A program made the position numbers and the translations under genes. From the NCBI GenBank assembly GCA_965250085.1, contig OZ252287.1, positions 544,001 through 608,000 of the forward strand: a DNA stretch of 64,000 nt. Reading direction: 5' to 3'. Position 1 is the stretch's first letter. Each line of letters opens with the position of its first letter. This document shows positions 48,763 to 59,165 of this stretch, in pieces. The notes under the pieces are model-generated. The model was not told the DNA's origin, made no database searches, and saw only the letters and a program-made list of their open reading frames with translations. The DNA is from Candidatus Altimarinota bacterium. Its GTDB lineage: Bacteria > Patescibacteriota > Gracilibacteria > CAIRYL01.

Positions 48763-51700
48763 GTGTCGGCCAAAAAAAATCGCCGTTCGTTTCCTAAGAA
48801 GGTTCTCCTCCTGGGATCGGGCGCTCTTCAAATTGGACAAGCTGGTGAATTTGATTATTCCGGTTCTCAAGCTATCAAAGCCTTGCACGAAGAAGGCATT
48901 AAAGTCATCTTGGTAAACCCAAATATTGCCACCATACAGACCTCAGAAGGAGTTGCCGATAGAGTATATTTTCTCCCTATCACTCCAGAGGTGGTAACGC
49001 GTATTATCCAAAAAGAAAAACCAGACGGTATTATGCTGGCCTGGGGAGGACAAACAGCGCTTAATTGTGGTACTGCACTCAAGAGAAAAGGAATTCTGAA
49101 GAAACATAATGTTCGAGTGCTGGGGACACCTGTTGCAACCATTCAAAAAACAGAAGATCGGAAAAAATTTAACGAAGAACTTGATAAAATTGGAATTCAA
49201 TACCCAGTATCTATTGCCTGTAAAAACAAAACAGCAGCCAAAAAAGCTCTGAAAGAAATTGGATTTCCTGTAATTATTCGGGCCGCATATACCCTAGGAG
49301 GTGGAGGAAGTGGATTTGCCAACACCCAAAAGCAATTCGATACACTTATCAAAAACGCTTTTGCCTACTCTCCACAGATCTTGGTAGAAGAAAGCCTGAA
49401 AGGATGGAAAGAAATCGAATATGAAGTAGTGCGTGATGTTGCCGATAATTGCATCACCGTCTGCAACATGGAAAACTTTGATCCTTTGGGGATTCATACT
49501 GGAGAGTCCATTGTTATTGCTCCCTCACAAACGCTTAATAATCGTGAATATCAAAAATTAAGGACAATGGCCATTAAGGTCATTCGGCATTTAGGAATTA
49601 TAGGAGAATGCAATATTCAGTACGCACTTGATCCCCATTCAGAAGAGTATCGGGTAATAGAAGTCAATGCACGGCTTTCCAGATCATCTGCCCTCGCTTC
49701 AAAAGCCACGGGGTATCCGCTTGCATACATCGCTGCCAAGCTCGCCTTGGGATATCGACTTGATGAACTCAGAAATTCAGTTACCGAAGAAACTTCTGCT
49801 TTTTTTGAGCCAGCATTAGATTATGTTGCGCTCAAAATTCCCCGTTGGGATTTAAACAAATTTCGAAAAGTATCGCACTTTATCTCATCTGAAATGAAAA
49901 GTGTGGGAGAAATCATGGCTCTGGGAAGAAATTTTGAAGAAGTGCTTCAAAAAGGTCTCAGAATGCTTCAGATTGGAGCACATGGATTGACCCATCACCC
50001 CTTTGACATCGGGGATCTCAAAAAAGCTCTGAAAAATCCGACTCCTACACGTGTTTTTGCTATATACGAAGCGCTCAAAAAAGGAATGACCATACAGGAA
50101 ATCGCAAAGATTACAAAAATAGACGAATGGTTTTTGGGGAAAATCGAACGTATTTTGAGTACTGAGAAAAAAATAAAATCTCAAGGAGTGAAAAAATTAT
50201 TTGCAAAGCCTGGACTGCTTCAACATGTTAAAAAAGAAGGATTTTCTGATGCACAGATATCCAAGATTTTGGGAGAAGAAAAAATCTCTGAATCTGAAGT
50301 TCGGAAAAGACGAAAAGAGATGGGGATAGTTCCCATCGTAAAGCAAATTGACACTCTTGCCGGAGAATTTCCTGCAAAAACAAATTATCTCTATCTTACC
50401 TATCATGGAAGTGAAAGTGACACTTTGCCTGCATCAAAGCAAACAAAGAAGGCAATTGTCCTTGGCTCTGGTCCCTATTGCATTGGTTCTTCCGTGGAGT
50501 TTGACTGGAGCTGTGTAAACGCGGTGAATACTTTGAGAAAAAAGAAGTTTGAAACGATTATGATCAACTATAATCCTGAGACTGTTTCTACAGACTATGA
50601 TACTTGTGACAAGTTGTATTTCGATGAGCTTTCACTTGAGAGAGTGTTGGATATTTATGAATTAGAAAATCCTGAAGGAGTAGTCCCCTTTTGTGGTGGT
50701 CAAATTCCTAATAATCTTGCCAAAAAATTGGGAGAATCTCATGTAAAAATTTTTGGAACAACATGTGAAAGTATCCATCAAGCTGAATCTCGTCAAATTT
50801 TTTCAGCACTTCTGGACACATTAGAAATCGATCAGCCAAAGTGGAATGAATTTTCAAGCCTTGAAAGCGCCAAACACTTTTCCACAAAAGTGGGATACCC
50901 AGTACTTATTCGCCCAAGCTATGTTCTCTCAGGAGCAGCAATGGCGGTAGCTCGATCTGAAACAGAGCTTCAAAGCTATCTTTCCAAAGCGATAAAAATC
51001 ACCTCAGAAGCCCCTGTAGTAGTATCAAAATTTGAAGTAGGGGCAAGGGAGATTGAAATTGATGCTGTTGCAGGAAATGGAGAACTTCTCATCTATGCAA
51101 TTTCTGAACACGTAGAAAATGCAGGTGTCCATTCTGGTGACGCAACAGTGGTACTTCCTCCACAAAAGACCTATCTCGAAACTATTAGAAGAGTCAAATC
51201 TATTGCCAAAGAGCTTGCAAAAGAACTTAAAATTACTGGTCCATTTAACATTCAATTTTTAGCAAAAGATAACCATATTAAGGTAATAGAACTCAATCTC
51301 AGAGCATCTCGATCGTTTCCTTTCGTTTCGAAAGTGACTGGTCATAATTTTATTGATATTGCGATGAAGGCAGCTCTGGGAGAAGTAGAACCAAAGCAAA
51401 AACGAAAGAAGAAATATAATACTCTTGATTTAGATTTTGTAGGGGTGAAGGCTCCTCAATTTTCTTTTTCAAGGCTCCGAGGGGCAGATCCAGTTCTGTC
51501 GGTAGAAATGTCCTCTACCGGAGAAGTAGGATGCTTTGGAGAGACTCTAGAAGAAGCATTTCTCAAAGCCCTTATTTCTACTGGATTTCGCATTCCAAAA
51601 AAGAATATTTTTATTTCTATAGGGAATACTGAAGACAAAGTCGGATTTTTAGAGTCTGCAAAAAGACTTCAAAATATGGGATATGATCTTTTTGCCACAA

Positions 51701-52002
51701 GTGGCACTTCAGATTTTTTGAAGGATAAGGAAGTATCTGTCCAAACACTCTACAAAGAGTCGGAAGGGAAAAGGCCAACCACAATATCACATTTACAAGG
51801 AAGTAAGATCGACCTTGTTATTAATATTCCTAAGTCATATGCACATGAAGATATTACCGATGGATACCAAATGCGGCGTGCTGCTATTGATGGCAATATC
51901 CCACTGATCACCAACCTACAAGTTGCCAAACTCGTAGTAGTCTCTCTCCAAAAATGGAGAAATAAAGAGCTCCCTATTACTGACTGGAGTCATTTTCAAT
52001 AA
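48763..52002 (+). CDS. carB: Carbamoyl-phosphate synthase large subunit
   Basis: GQAGEFDYSG, duplicated ATP-grasp, NPETVSTDYD, MGS domain. Confidence 0.98.
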   Translation: MSAKKNRRSFPKKVLLLGSGALQIGQAGEFDYSGSQAIKALHEEGIKVILVNPNIATIQTSEGVADRVYFLPITPEVVTRIIQKEKPDGIMLAWGGQTALNCGTALKRKGILKKHNVRVLGTPVATIQKTEDRKKFNEELDKIGIQYPVSIACKNKTAAKKALKEIGFPVIIRAAYTLGGGGSGFANTQKQFDTLIKNAFAYSPQILVEESLKGWKEIEYEVVRDVADNCITVCNMENFDPLGIHTGESIVIAPSQTLNNREYQKLRTMAIKVIRHLGIIGECNIQYALDPHSEEYRVIEVNARLSRSSALASKATGYPLAYIAAKLALGYRLDELRNSVTEETSAFFEPALDYVALKIPRWDLNKFRKVSHFISSEMKSVGEIMALGRNFEEVLQKGLRMLQIGAHGLTHHPFDIGDLKKALKNPTPTRVFAIYEALKKGMTIQEIAKITKIDEWFLGKIERILSTEKKIKSQGVKKLFAKPGLLQHVKKEGFSDAQISKILGEEKISESEVRKRRKEMGIVPIVKQIDTLAGEFPAKTNYLYLTYHGSESDTLPASKQTKKAIVLGSGPYCIGSSVEFDWSCVNAVNTLRKKKFETIMINYNPETVSTDYDTCDKLYFDELSLERVLDIYELENPEGVVPFCGGQIPNNLAKKLGESHVKIFGTTCESIHQAESRQIFSALLDTLEIDQPKWNEFSSLESAKHFSTKVGYPVLIRPSYVLSGAAMAVARSETELQSYLSKAIKITSEAPVVVSKFEVGAREIEIDAVAGNGELLIYAISEHVENAGVHSGDATVVLPPQKTYLETIRRVKSIAKELAKELKITGPFNIQFLAKDNHIKVIELNLRASRSFPFVSKVTGHNFIDIAMKAALGEVEPKQKRKKKYNTLDLDFVGVKAPQFSFSRLRGADPVLSVEMSSTGEVGCFGETLEEAFLKALISTGFRIPKKNIFISIGNTEDKVGFLESAKRLQNMGYDLFATSGTSDFLKDKEVSVQTLYKESEGKRPTTISHLQGSKIDLVINIPKSYAHEDITDGYQMRRAAIDGNIPLITNLQVAKLVVVSLQKWRNKELPITDWSHFQ

Positions 52003-52094
52003 TCAATTACTCAATGACAAATTACAAAATATATATACAATAATGTCCCTTTTGTGCTGATTACTTATTCACTGACAACGTACTACTTATTTTT

Positions 52095-52406
52095 ATGATT
52101 ACTTGTATTTTGAAGAACTCGGCCGGAGAAGAAATGGGGAGATTTACACCAAAAGGAGAAAAAAACCTTTTGGATGAAGCGGCTGACGCCGATATAGAAC
52201 TCCCCTTCTCTTGCCATGCCGGAGCATGCATGAGCTGTGCCGCACGAATCATTTCTGGAGCTGAGTTCTTTGATCAAAAAAAAGATGGCATGAAGTATAT
52301 TGATACTGATGACGATGTGGTGCTGACTTGCATAGGTGGAGTGAAAGATGAATTTGTGCAAGATAAAGAAGAGCACATTTTGGAGTTGGAGATCATTATG
52401 GATTAA
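52095..52406 (+). CDS. 2Fe-2S ferredoxin
   Basis: LPFSCHAGACMSC...LTC. Confidence 0.92.
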   Translation: MITCILKNSAGEEMGRFTPKGEKNLLDEAADADIELPFSCHAGACMSCAARIISGAEFFDQKKDGMKYIDTDDDVVLTCIGGVKDEFVQDKEEHILELEIIMD

Positions 52407-52463
52407 CTTTTCCCTCAAGAAAAACAAAGTTTCGTTCATGCTCTCATCACTAACAATCAAGAG

Positions 52464-52940
52464 CTACTTGCTCTTTTTTCTATTTATCCTCATATTGATC
52501 ACACACAAAATATTGATCATCATAAATGCTATAAATGCCAGAAATGGAATAGTGATAAATCCAAAATAATTGACATAGAACGCATCACATGGATTTCCCA
52601 GTGTACAGCCTTCTGATGTTGCCGTTGGGACTTTCTGAAGAAAGTAATGATAGACTTCTAAAAACATTCCTGGAATCGAAAGCGGCAAGATGTAATTGGT
52701 AAAATATGGATTCTTACGCCAAATACCAACCGCACTTATCGCCACAAGAGGATACATCATAATACGCGCCCACCAGCAGAGCCGGCAGGGATAAAATCCA
52801 GATCCCCAGGGAAACGGATATCCATCTATAATATTCAGTACCGGATCGCCAAAATTACTGAAATAGAGTGATCCGAGCATTGCCAGGAGTGCTTGCGTGA
52901 AAATAAGGTACCAGATGAGTTTTTGATGTTTGTGGGACAT
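52464..52940 (-). CDS. Disulfide bond formation protein (DsbB/BdbC family)
   Basis: GSLYFS, PCRLCWWARI.MYP, FGFITIP. Confidence 0.92.
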   Translation of the reverse strand: MSHKHQKLIWYLIFTQALLAMLGSLYFSNFGDPVLNIIDGYPFPWGSGFYPCRLCWWARIMMYPLVAISAVGIWRKNPYFTNYILPLSIPGMFLEVYHYFLQKVPTATSEGCTLGNPCDAFYVNYFGFITIPFLAFIAFMMINILCVINMRINRKKSK

Positions 52941-52948
52941 AAAGAGTT

Positions 52949-53641
52949 TTAAATATTCAGGGCGAATTTTACTGCTTTTTCACACTGAAGTTCTAGGGTA
53001 TTTAAGATCGGAATTTTATAGTTTTTAGCATTTATGATAAGTGGTAACTCCGTACAAGCCACCACTACGCCTTCGGCAGAATCATGTTCATCAATAAGTT
53101 CTTGTATCCACTTCTCTGAAGACTCTTCGATATTTCCTTTTGAAAGCTCATTCACAATTATAGTCTGTATTTTGTCTCTCAAAATTCTCTTAGGGATGAT
53201 TATTTCAAATCCCTCGTTTTCAAGTCTAGATTTATAAAATCCATCCTCAAGAAGGAACTTGGTTCCCAAAAGAAGAAGTTTCTTAATACCCCTCCTTTCT
53301 GCCTGTTCTATTACTCCATCAAGTATGTGTAATATTGGTAATGATCCTTTCATATGCTCTACAATATTGTCATAGACTTTATGAAGAGAATTATTACAAA
53401 TCAAAATACAATCTACTCCACATGATGAAAGTTTTTGGATTTCACTAAGCATTATGCCCTCAATTTTGTGCCAATCTCGATAGTCATACTGCTTTATATT
53501 TTCATAATCGATACTCCTCAGAACGATCTGCGCTGAATGACTTTTTTTAAGTTTTTTATGAACCAAGGAGTTGAGTAATCTGTAGTACTCAATTGTAGAC
53601 ACCCATGATGTACCACCAAGAAGACCTATTGTTTTCATCAT
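52949..53641 (-). CDS. Aspartate/glutamate racemase family protein
   Basis: KTIGLLGG.SW.ST..YY, ICNN, ACTELP. Confidence 0.92.
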   Translation of the reverse strand: MMKTIGLLGGTSWVSTIEYYRLLNSLVHKKLKKSHSAQIVLRSIDYENIKQYDYRDWHKIEGIMLSEIQKLSSCGVDCILICNNSLHKVYDNIVEHMKGSLPILHILDGVIEQAERRGIKKLLLLGTKFLLEDGFYKSRLENEGFEIIIPKRILRDKIQTIIVNELSKGNIEESSEKWIQELIDEHDSAEGVVVACTELPLIINAKNYKIPILNTLELQCEKAVKFALNI

Positions 53642-53685
53642 ATGAGGATTATGTTTGTTCGAAATTTGATTAAAGAGGATCAAGA

Positions 53686-54491
53686 GTGGTGCTCAGAAAC
53701 GGACTAGTGGCGAACCACTTAAAAATCCTGGAGAGCTTCTGTCAAATTTTAGCGCAATTGAAAAACTTGTTCAAACTTTAGAGGAATTTCTTGAAAAAAT
53801 GAACGATGTGATGATTATTGATGATTATTGATGCTTATCGAGAATTTATTAGGAATTACAGTATTCTGCTGTGCAATATTTAGAAGCAGTTTTTTATCTG
53901 CTTATCAGGAAATGCGCTTTTAATAGTGAGAACATAGCCCATTTTGGCTTCTCTATCATCAGGGCATCTTACTCTATCTTCAGAAAGAGGTAGGAGTACA
54001 AAATAAACACCTTTGAAAGAGGTGTTTATTTTAGACAGTTTTTCTATCAGGGGTTCAGTATTAGTTGCAGTAGCACAATCAGACCAGATCAATAAAATTG
54101 TATCTTTTCTTATATCCTCAGGATAGTGTGCTTCTTTTTTCTTCATCGACCTGCTTATCGCGTCAAATAGCTCTAGATCAATATTGAAAAACACTTCGGG
54201 TTTTTCGGGTGCCTTTTTCTCTGTCTTACGTAAATCACTCTCACTCCAAACGATTTGTATTTTATGTTCTTTTTGAGATCCTGAGATCAAAAATCCATCA
54301 GCATCAGCATTTTCGTCATCACGCCCATAGATATAAGAAAGATCATGGCTTTTATTGAGTCGCATGACAAAAAATTCACCGCACTTTCTTTCTTCCTCGA
54401 TTGTCTTTTCGTCACCAGTTATCATAAATCGTGTGGGAAAGAAAATTCGCCAAATCCTTTCTTAGGCAGAAGCGGACTCGAACCATGACCG
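53686..54491. mobile_element. Remnant island at the tRNA-Leu 3' end
   Basis: GTGGTGCTCAGAAACGGACT (53686-53705) is a 17/20 direct repeat of the tRNA 3' end at 54491-54510. No integrase remains. Confidence 0.6.
53880..54425 (-). CDS. Hypothetical protein, possible PD-(D/E)xK-like fold
   Basis: E..C..F, 'DADG', 'KIQI' pattern. Sole cargo of the remnant island. Confidence 0.45.
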   Translation of the reverse strand: MITGDEKTIEEERKCGEFFVMRLNKSHDLSYIYGRDDENADADGFLISGSQKEHKIQIVWSESDLRKTEKKAPEKPEVFFNIDLELFDAISRSMKKKEAHYPEDIRKDTILLIWSDCATATNTEPLIEKLSKINTSFKGVYFVLLPLSEDRVRCPDDREAKMGYVLTIKSAFPDKQIKNCF

Positions 54492-54576
54492 TGGTGCCCA
54501 GAAGAGGACTTGAACCTCTACGCCTTACGGCACTAGCTCCTAAGGCTAGCGTGTCTACCAATTTCACCACCTGGGC
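54492..54576 (-). tRNA. tRNA-Leu(TAG)
   Basis: Cloverleaf with long variable arm, anticodon loop CTTAGGA, CCA end. Confidence 0.96.
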
Positions 54577-54618
54577 TTGGTGGATAAGATTGTAGGAGAA
54601 TGCTACTCAGAAAAGCAA

Positions 54619-55660
54619 CCCGCATTCTGTGGTGAAGTGCACCACTTGGGATAAAAAGATATTAGAGATTGTTATAGAAGTCAAAGACATGGGTGGGAGT
54701 TCTAAAGCCGAGAACTTTCATGGGAGTGTTGTTAAGAGTATCAACAAAGGATTGTAACTGGTTTTGAGAGAAATTCTTGAGGTCAGCTTTCTTAGGGACA
54801 AATTTTCTAAGTTTTCCAATGGCGTTTTCTACAGAGCCTTTTTGCCAAGAAGAGTAGGGGTCACAAAAATAAATAGGGATTCTTAAGTCTTTATATCTTG
54901 TGTTTTCTACACCGTTGTCCAAGGTAAGTGAGTATGCAGGGAGTTGGTGCAGAATGTCTCCAAATCCCTGCATGGATTCTCTGAGCCGAGACACCTTCTT
55001 CACGAATATTTTACGAGAGAGTCGTTCTCTAACGATGACAAGAGTTTGTGGGGAAGCTTTCTTGGGTCTGCCCATGGTATCTCCTTCGTAGTGTCCAAAT
55101 CTTTTCTTCTGGTTGATATGCTGAGGTCTTTGGGCAATAAACACTCTATCTTTGATGATTTCATGCTTTGATTTCTTCTTTCTCCGTTTACGCTTCCTAT
55201 ATCTCTTGCGATAAAGAAGAGGACATAGGTCTTGTCCGTGTGCACTGTAGAGATATGTATAGATGGCATCTTTCCCAATACGAACTCTCTTCTCCAAGTA
55301 CAGTACTCCTGCAATCTTCTCTGGTGACCATTTTAACAACATCTTTTCTCGCATATACTTCTCTATCTCATCATCCTCACGTACCTTCATTCCTTGGTAT
55401 TTACTAAATCTTCTTTTGTTCTGTGCTTTTTGATGAGCCTTACACGCATCGTATCCTCCTCTCTTCATCTTCCGCTTGAGCTCTCTGATGATTGTAGAGT
55501 GACTCCTGTTCATCGCTTTGGCTATCGATCTCATCGAATACCCTTTGGAGTGGAGTATTAAGAGTTCTTGTCTCTCGCTCTTACTGAAGTGTTCATAGTT
55601 GTTCATGCACCTAGAGTATTAAATTCTTCCGAGGTGGTGCACTTCAAACTCGAATTGAGG
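54619..55660 (-). mobile_element. IS30-family element, copy 2 (1042 bp, intact)
   Basis: Same IRs as copy 1, 3-bp duplication CAA. Confidence 0.95.
54662..55606 (-). CDS. IS30-family transposase
   Basis: HTH, WSPEKIAG, GHYEGDT, TLDNGVE, DPYSSWQKGSVEN. Confidence 0.95.
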   Translation of the reverse strand: MNNYEHFSKSERQELLILHSKGYSMRSIAKAMNRSHSTIIRELKRKMKRGGYDACKAHQKAQNKRRFSKYQGMKVREDDEIEKYMREKMLLKWSPEKIAGVLYLEKRVRIGKDAIYTYLYSAHGQDLCPLLYRKRYRKRKRRKKKSKHEIIKDRVFIAQRPQHINQKKRFGHYEGDTMGRPKKASPQTLVIVRERLSRKIFVKKVSRLRESMQGFGDILHQLPAYSLTLDNGVENTRYKDLRIPIYFCDPYSSWQKGSVENAIGKLRKFVPKKADLKNFSQNQLQSFVDTLNNTPMKVLGFRTPTHVFDFYNNL

Positions 55661-55707
55661 CAAGATGAAGGCTTTTTACTTTCTTCTTTGAGCTTTATAA
55701 TCTCATT

Positions 55708-55959
55708 GTGCAAGATCAATTCAGAAAAGAATTTTTGGCCCAAAGATGTCTGTCCGTTCGAGTGATTCCAAATGCAAAGAAGAATCAAGTGGTAGGGAAA
55801 ATGGAAAACGGAGTTTGGAAAATTCGTATTTGTGCTCCTGCCAAAGAAGGAAGAGCCAATGCAGAACTTATCGATTTTATGAATCGAATTTGCGGAAAGA
55901 AATTTCGTATTCTCTCCGGCAAGACAAGTAGACTCAAGACAATTCAAATTTTTGATTAA
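55708..55959 (+). CDS. DUF167/YggU family protein
   Basis: VIPNAK, APAKEGRANAEL, SGKTSRLK. Confidence 0.88.
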   Translation: MQDQFRKEFLAQRCLSVRVIPNAKKNQVVGKMENGVWKIRICAPAKEGRANAELIDFMNRICGKKFRILSGKTSRLKTIQIFD

Positions 55960-56001
55960 AGAAAAGAGTAATTTTTATTTTCCCCTAATGTATTGCGTAT
56001 C

Positions 56002-56922
56002 ATGAAGTTTTTAAAAATCTTCCAAAAGCAAAAATATTCTGCTGTGCTCAAAAAGCGAAAACAGAACTCATATTCACTGCTCTTGCGCAAAAAAAGACAA
56101 AAAGTCTCTCTCCAGAAATCAAGAATCTCATGGAAAAGAATATGGTCGCTCAATCTAAAAAAATATTCAAATATTGCTTTTGGGATACTCGTTGGATGCA
56201 CTATTTTTCTCATATTAGGAGGATTTTTCTTCTTCTCCAACTTTTTTACTATCAAAGATATTCTCCTGACAAGAAGAGATTTTCGAGTCAATGTGCAGGG
56301 TGTATCTTCTGTTTTAAAGACCTTACAAGGAGAAAACGTATTCTTAACCTCCAAGAAAGAAATCACTGAATCTTTATCTCAAAAATTTCCAGAAATTCAT
56401 ACTATCGAAATAACAAAAATACCCCCTAGTGCCATACGTATAACCGTGGCTACATTTCCTATCGTTGCAAAGTGGGAGTTTGAACTTGCTGAAAAAAGTG
56501 AAGATTTATCGGAAAATCTCATAGTATTTATCAATACATTGGGACAAGTGAGCCCCACAGAAGAAGGGGACGAAGAAACAGCATTTCATATTATTGAAAA
56601 ATCCAAAGTCATTCCTACTGGATTTGCATTTGGCACTTCAATTTACCCTCGTCAAAATTTAGAAAAAATATTGGAAACAAAGGAGCTTCTGGAAGCAGAA
56701 ATTCCTTATTCAATAGATTTGGTTCATGTATTTCGTGATGCTCAAGAGATTCATTTTATCACGAAAGATGGTCCTGAATTCTGGATGGATTTTGCAACCT
56801 TTTTGGAAGATCAGATTCAAAAGATACCATCTGCGCTTCAGGAAACTGATATCTTTGCCAAAAATATTCTCTATTTGGACTTGAGAATTCCTGATAAGAT
56901 CTTTATCAAAGAAAAATCATAA
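56002..56922 (+). CDS. FtsQ/DivIB-like cell division protein
   Basis: Basic N-tail, single TM, POTRA-like region, C-terminal 'YLDLRIPDKIF'. Confidence 0.75.
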   Translation: MKFLKIFQKQKYSAVLKKRKQNSYSLLLRKKRQKVSLQKSRISWKRIWSLNLKKYSNIAFGILVGCTIFLILGGFFFFSNFFTIKDILLTRRDFRVNVQGVSSVLKTLQGENVFLTSKKEITESLSQKFPEIHTIEITKIPPSAIRITVATFPIVAKWEFELAEKSEDLSENLIVFINTLGQVSPTEEGDEETAFHIIEKSKVIPTGFAFGTSIYPRQNLEKILETKELLEAEIPYSIDLVHVFRDAQEIHFITKDGPEFWMDFATFLEDQIQKIPSALQETDIFAKNILYLDLRIPDKIFIKEKS

Positions 56923-56923
56923 A

Positions 56924-57784
56924 ATGGGTGAACTCTTTTCTCTCCTTGCGGCTGCTGTGTTATTTCAAGCCGATGTGTCTGGGTATGTGGATACTTCTTT
57001 TAGTGCTTCAAATCCTGCGCAGCAATTTGAAGTATCTTTGCTTCCTCAAGCATATCCCATTTTAGACCCTGCTATTACAGCATCTGCAGTAGTGATTGGC
57101 GATGTGAATTCTGGAACAACCCTCTGGACGCGTGCGGCAGATGAAACACGACCAATGGCAAGTCTCACCAAATTGATGACCGCATTACTTATCCTGGAAA
57201 ATCATAGTATGTCAGAAGTAGTGACAGTTCCCCCTGAGGCAACCACAGTAGAAGGTGCTCGTATGGGTATTCTTTCTGGTGAAAAAATAAGGGTTCAAGG
57301 TCTTCTCAAAGGACTTTTGATTCGCTCTGCAAATGATGCTGCTATTGCTCTGGCTGTCTTTCATTCGGGCTCAGAATCTGCATTTATAGAAGCAATGAAT
57401 CAACGGGCTGCATTCCTTTCTCTCAAAAATACGCATTTTATGAATCCTCACGGACTCGATGCAGAAAACCATTTCTCAAGTGCAAGAGATCTTTTTTTGC
57501 TCTCTAGAAAAGTTTTGGAATTTCCTCAGGTTCGTCAAATAGCAGAAATCAGGAAAACAGAGGTGACATCTCTCTATGGAACCTTTACTCATGAAATCGC
57601 AACTACAAACGCTCTTCTTGGATCAGGACTTCCCGTAAAAGGTCTCAAAACAGGCACTACAAAAAATGCGGGAGAGTGCCTCATTACTCTCGCAGAGAAT
57701 GGTAATTTTGAATCTCTCATTGTTGTTCTGGGAAGTGAAGCTCGATTTGCAGATACCAAAAAACTTCTTTCTTTTCTTTTATAG
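56924..57784 (+). CDS. D-Ala-D-Ala carboxypeptidase (peptidase S11)
   Basis: ASLTK, SAND, KTG motifs. Confidence 0.93.
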   Translation: MGELFSLLAAAVLFQADVSGYVDTSFSASNPAQQFEVSLLPQAYPILDPAITASAVVIGDVNSGTTLWTRAADETRPMASLTKLMTALLILENHSMSEVVTVPPEATTVEGARMGILSGEKIRVQGLLKGLLIRSANDAAIALAVFHSGSESAFIEAMNQRAAFLSLKNTHFMNPHGLDAENHFSSARDLFLLSRKVLEFPQVRQIAEIRKTEVTSLYGTFTHEIATTNALLGSGLPVKGLKTGTTKNAGECLITLAENGNFESLIVVLGSEARFADTKKLLSFLL

Positions 57785-57905
57785 GGTTGTACATTACAGG
57801 CAGTTTGTTCCATTGCTTTTCTCAATAAAAATCCGTACAATCCGCCGAGAGTTTGTAAAAAGGAGGGCTCTGTTAGAGATGAGGAAAGGCATGTTTTTAT
57901 CTTGA

Positions 57906-59021
57906 ATGAACGAAGAAAACGAGTTGTCTACCGTGAATAAATCTGTTCGGAAAGAAAGACATCAGCGTCTTAAGCTCATTTCTCCTCTTTTTAAAAGCTG
58001 GGCACGTATAGAAGGAGGTCTTTCTCCCAAGGAAAAAAAGATAGAACATTCATTTTTCTGGAGAGTGACTTCCCTTGGAACGCTCTTTTTCTTTGTTGCT
58101 TCTCTCTTTCCTCAATTTGTAACCACTGCAGAAGAGTTTTGGACACTTTCTGGGCAAGCAGAGATTCCTGTCCAGTTTGACCAAAACATTGGACTTGTAG
58201 CTGAAGGATTCCTCGTAAAACCAGAAATTATTGATGTGGGTCCAGAAGACAGGACCGGTATTACTGATATTCGGGAATACACAGTTGAGCCAGGCGACAC
58301 GATTTCACAAATCGCCGTGACACATGGGGTCACCACAAGAACTATTTTGCAAAATAATGAAATTCCAAATCCAAATGCCCTCAAAGCTGGACAAGTTCTT
58401 AAAATAATTCCTGTAGATGGAGTTCTTCATGAAGTAAAAAAAGGAGATACTCTTGCAAAGATTGGAACAAAATATAAAACAGAACAGGAAAAGATTATTG
58501 CTCAAAACGATCTCCTTGAAGATGAGCCTCTTGTCGAAGGAGATCATCTGATCATTCCTGGTGCAAAAAAGGAACTGCCCAAACCGGTATATGTTGCTCG
58601 TCCCACGTATTCAGGGACATATACTCCCCCATCTGGTGGTGGTGGATCTGCCCCTGGCAGACTCCTCAGGCCTACTTCTGGAAAATATACACAATATTTC
58701 CGATATGGACACTGGGCAGTGGATATCGCTGCTCCTGGCGGAACACCCATTTATGCGGCAGCAGGTGGTACTGTGATCAAAGCTTCATATGGATGGGGCG
58801 GTGGATATGGAAATCATCTCATTATTGATCATGGAGGTGGCTTGCAAACATTATATGCGCACAACAGCAAATTGTATGTCAATGCAGGACAGACAGTCAG
58901 TCAGGGGCAAGCAATTGCTGCCATGGGAAATACGGGACGAGTATATGGTCGCACTGGGATCCATTTGCACTTTGAGGTTAGAAGAAATGGAGTCAAGCAA
59001 AATCCTTTGGCGTATTTTTAA
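57906..59021 (+). CDS. LysM x2 + M23 peptidase
   Basis: Two LysM repeats, H.AVDIA, YAH, HLHFEV. Confidence 0.93.
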   Translation: MNEENELSTVNKSVRKERHQRLKLISPLFKSWARIEGGLSPKEKKIEHSFFWRVTSLGTLFFFVASLFPQFVTTAEEFWTLSGQAEIPVQFDQNIGLVAEGFLVKPEIIDVGPEDRTGITDIREYTVEPGDTISQIAVTHGVTTRTILQNNEIPNPNALKAGQVLKIIPVDGVLHEVKKGDTLAKIGTKYKTEQEKIIAQNDLLEDEPLVEGDHLIIPGAKKELPKPVYVARPTYSGTYTPPSGGGGSAPGRLLRPTSGKYTQYFRYGHWAVDIAAPGGTPIYAAAGGTVIKASYGWGGGYGNHLIIDHGGGLQTLYAHNSKLYVNAGQTVSQGQAIAAMGNTGRVYGRTGIHLHFEVRRNGVKQNPLAYF

Positions 59022-59088
59022 AAAATCGACAAAGAATATAACTGGTGTTTCTTTATAAACTTTTTACTTTCAACTTTTAACTTGTTTC

Positions 59089-59165
59089 GGGGCATTAGCT
59101 CAGTTGGCTAGAGCGCACGCATGGCATGCGTGAGGTCATGGGTTCGAATCCCATATGCTCCACCA
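59089..59165 (+). tRNA. tRNA-Ala(GGC)
   Basis: Cloverleaf, anticodon loop ATGGCAT, G3-U70, CCA end. Confidence 0.96.

Noticed and set aside
54465-54484. Second degenerate tRNA-end copy (GGCAGAAGCGGACTCGAACC) as an extra tRNA
   Set aside because: Only a T-arm-like fragment, at most an old att scar.
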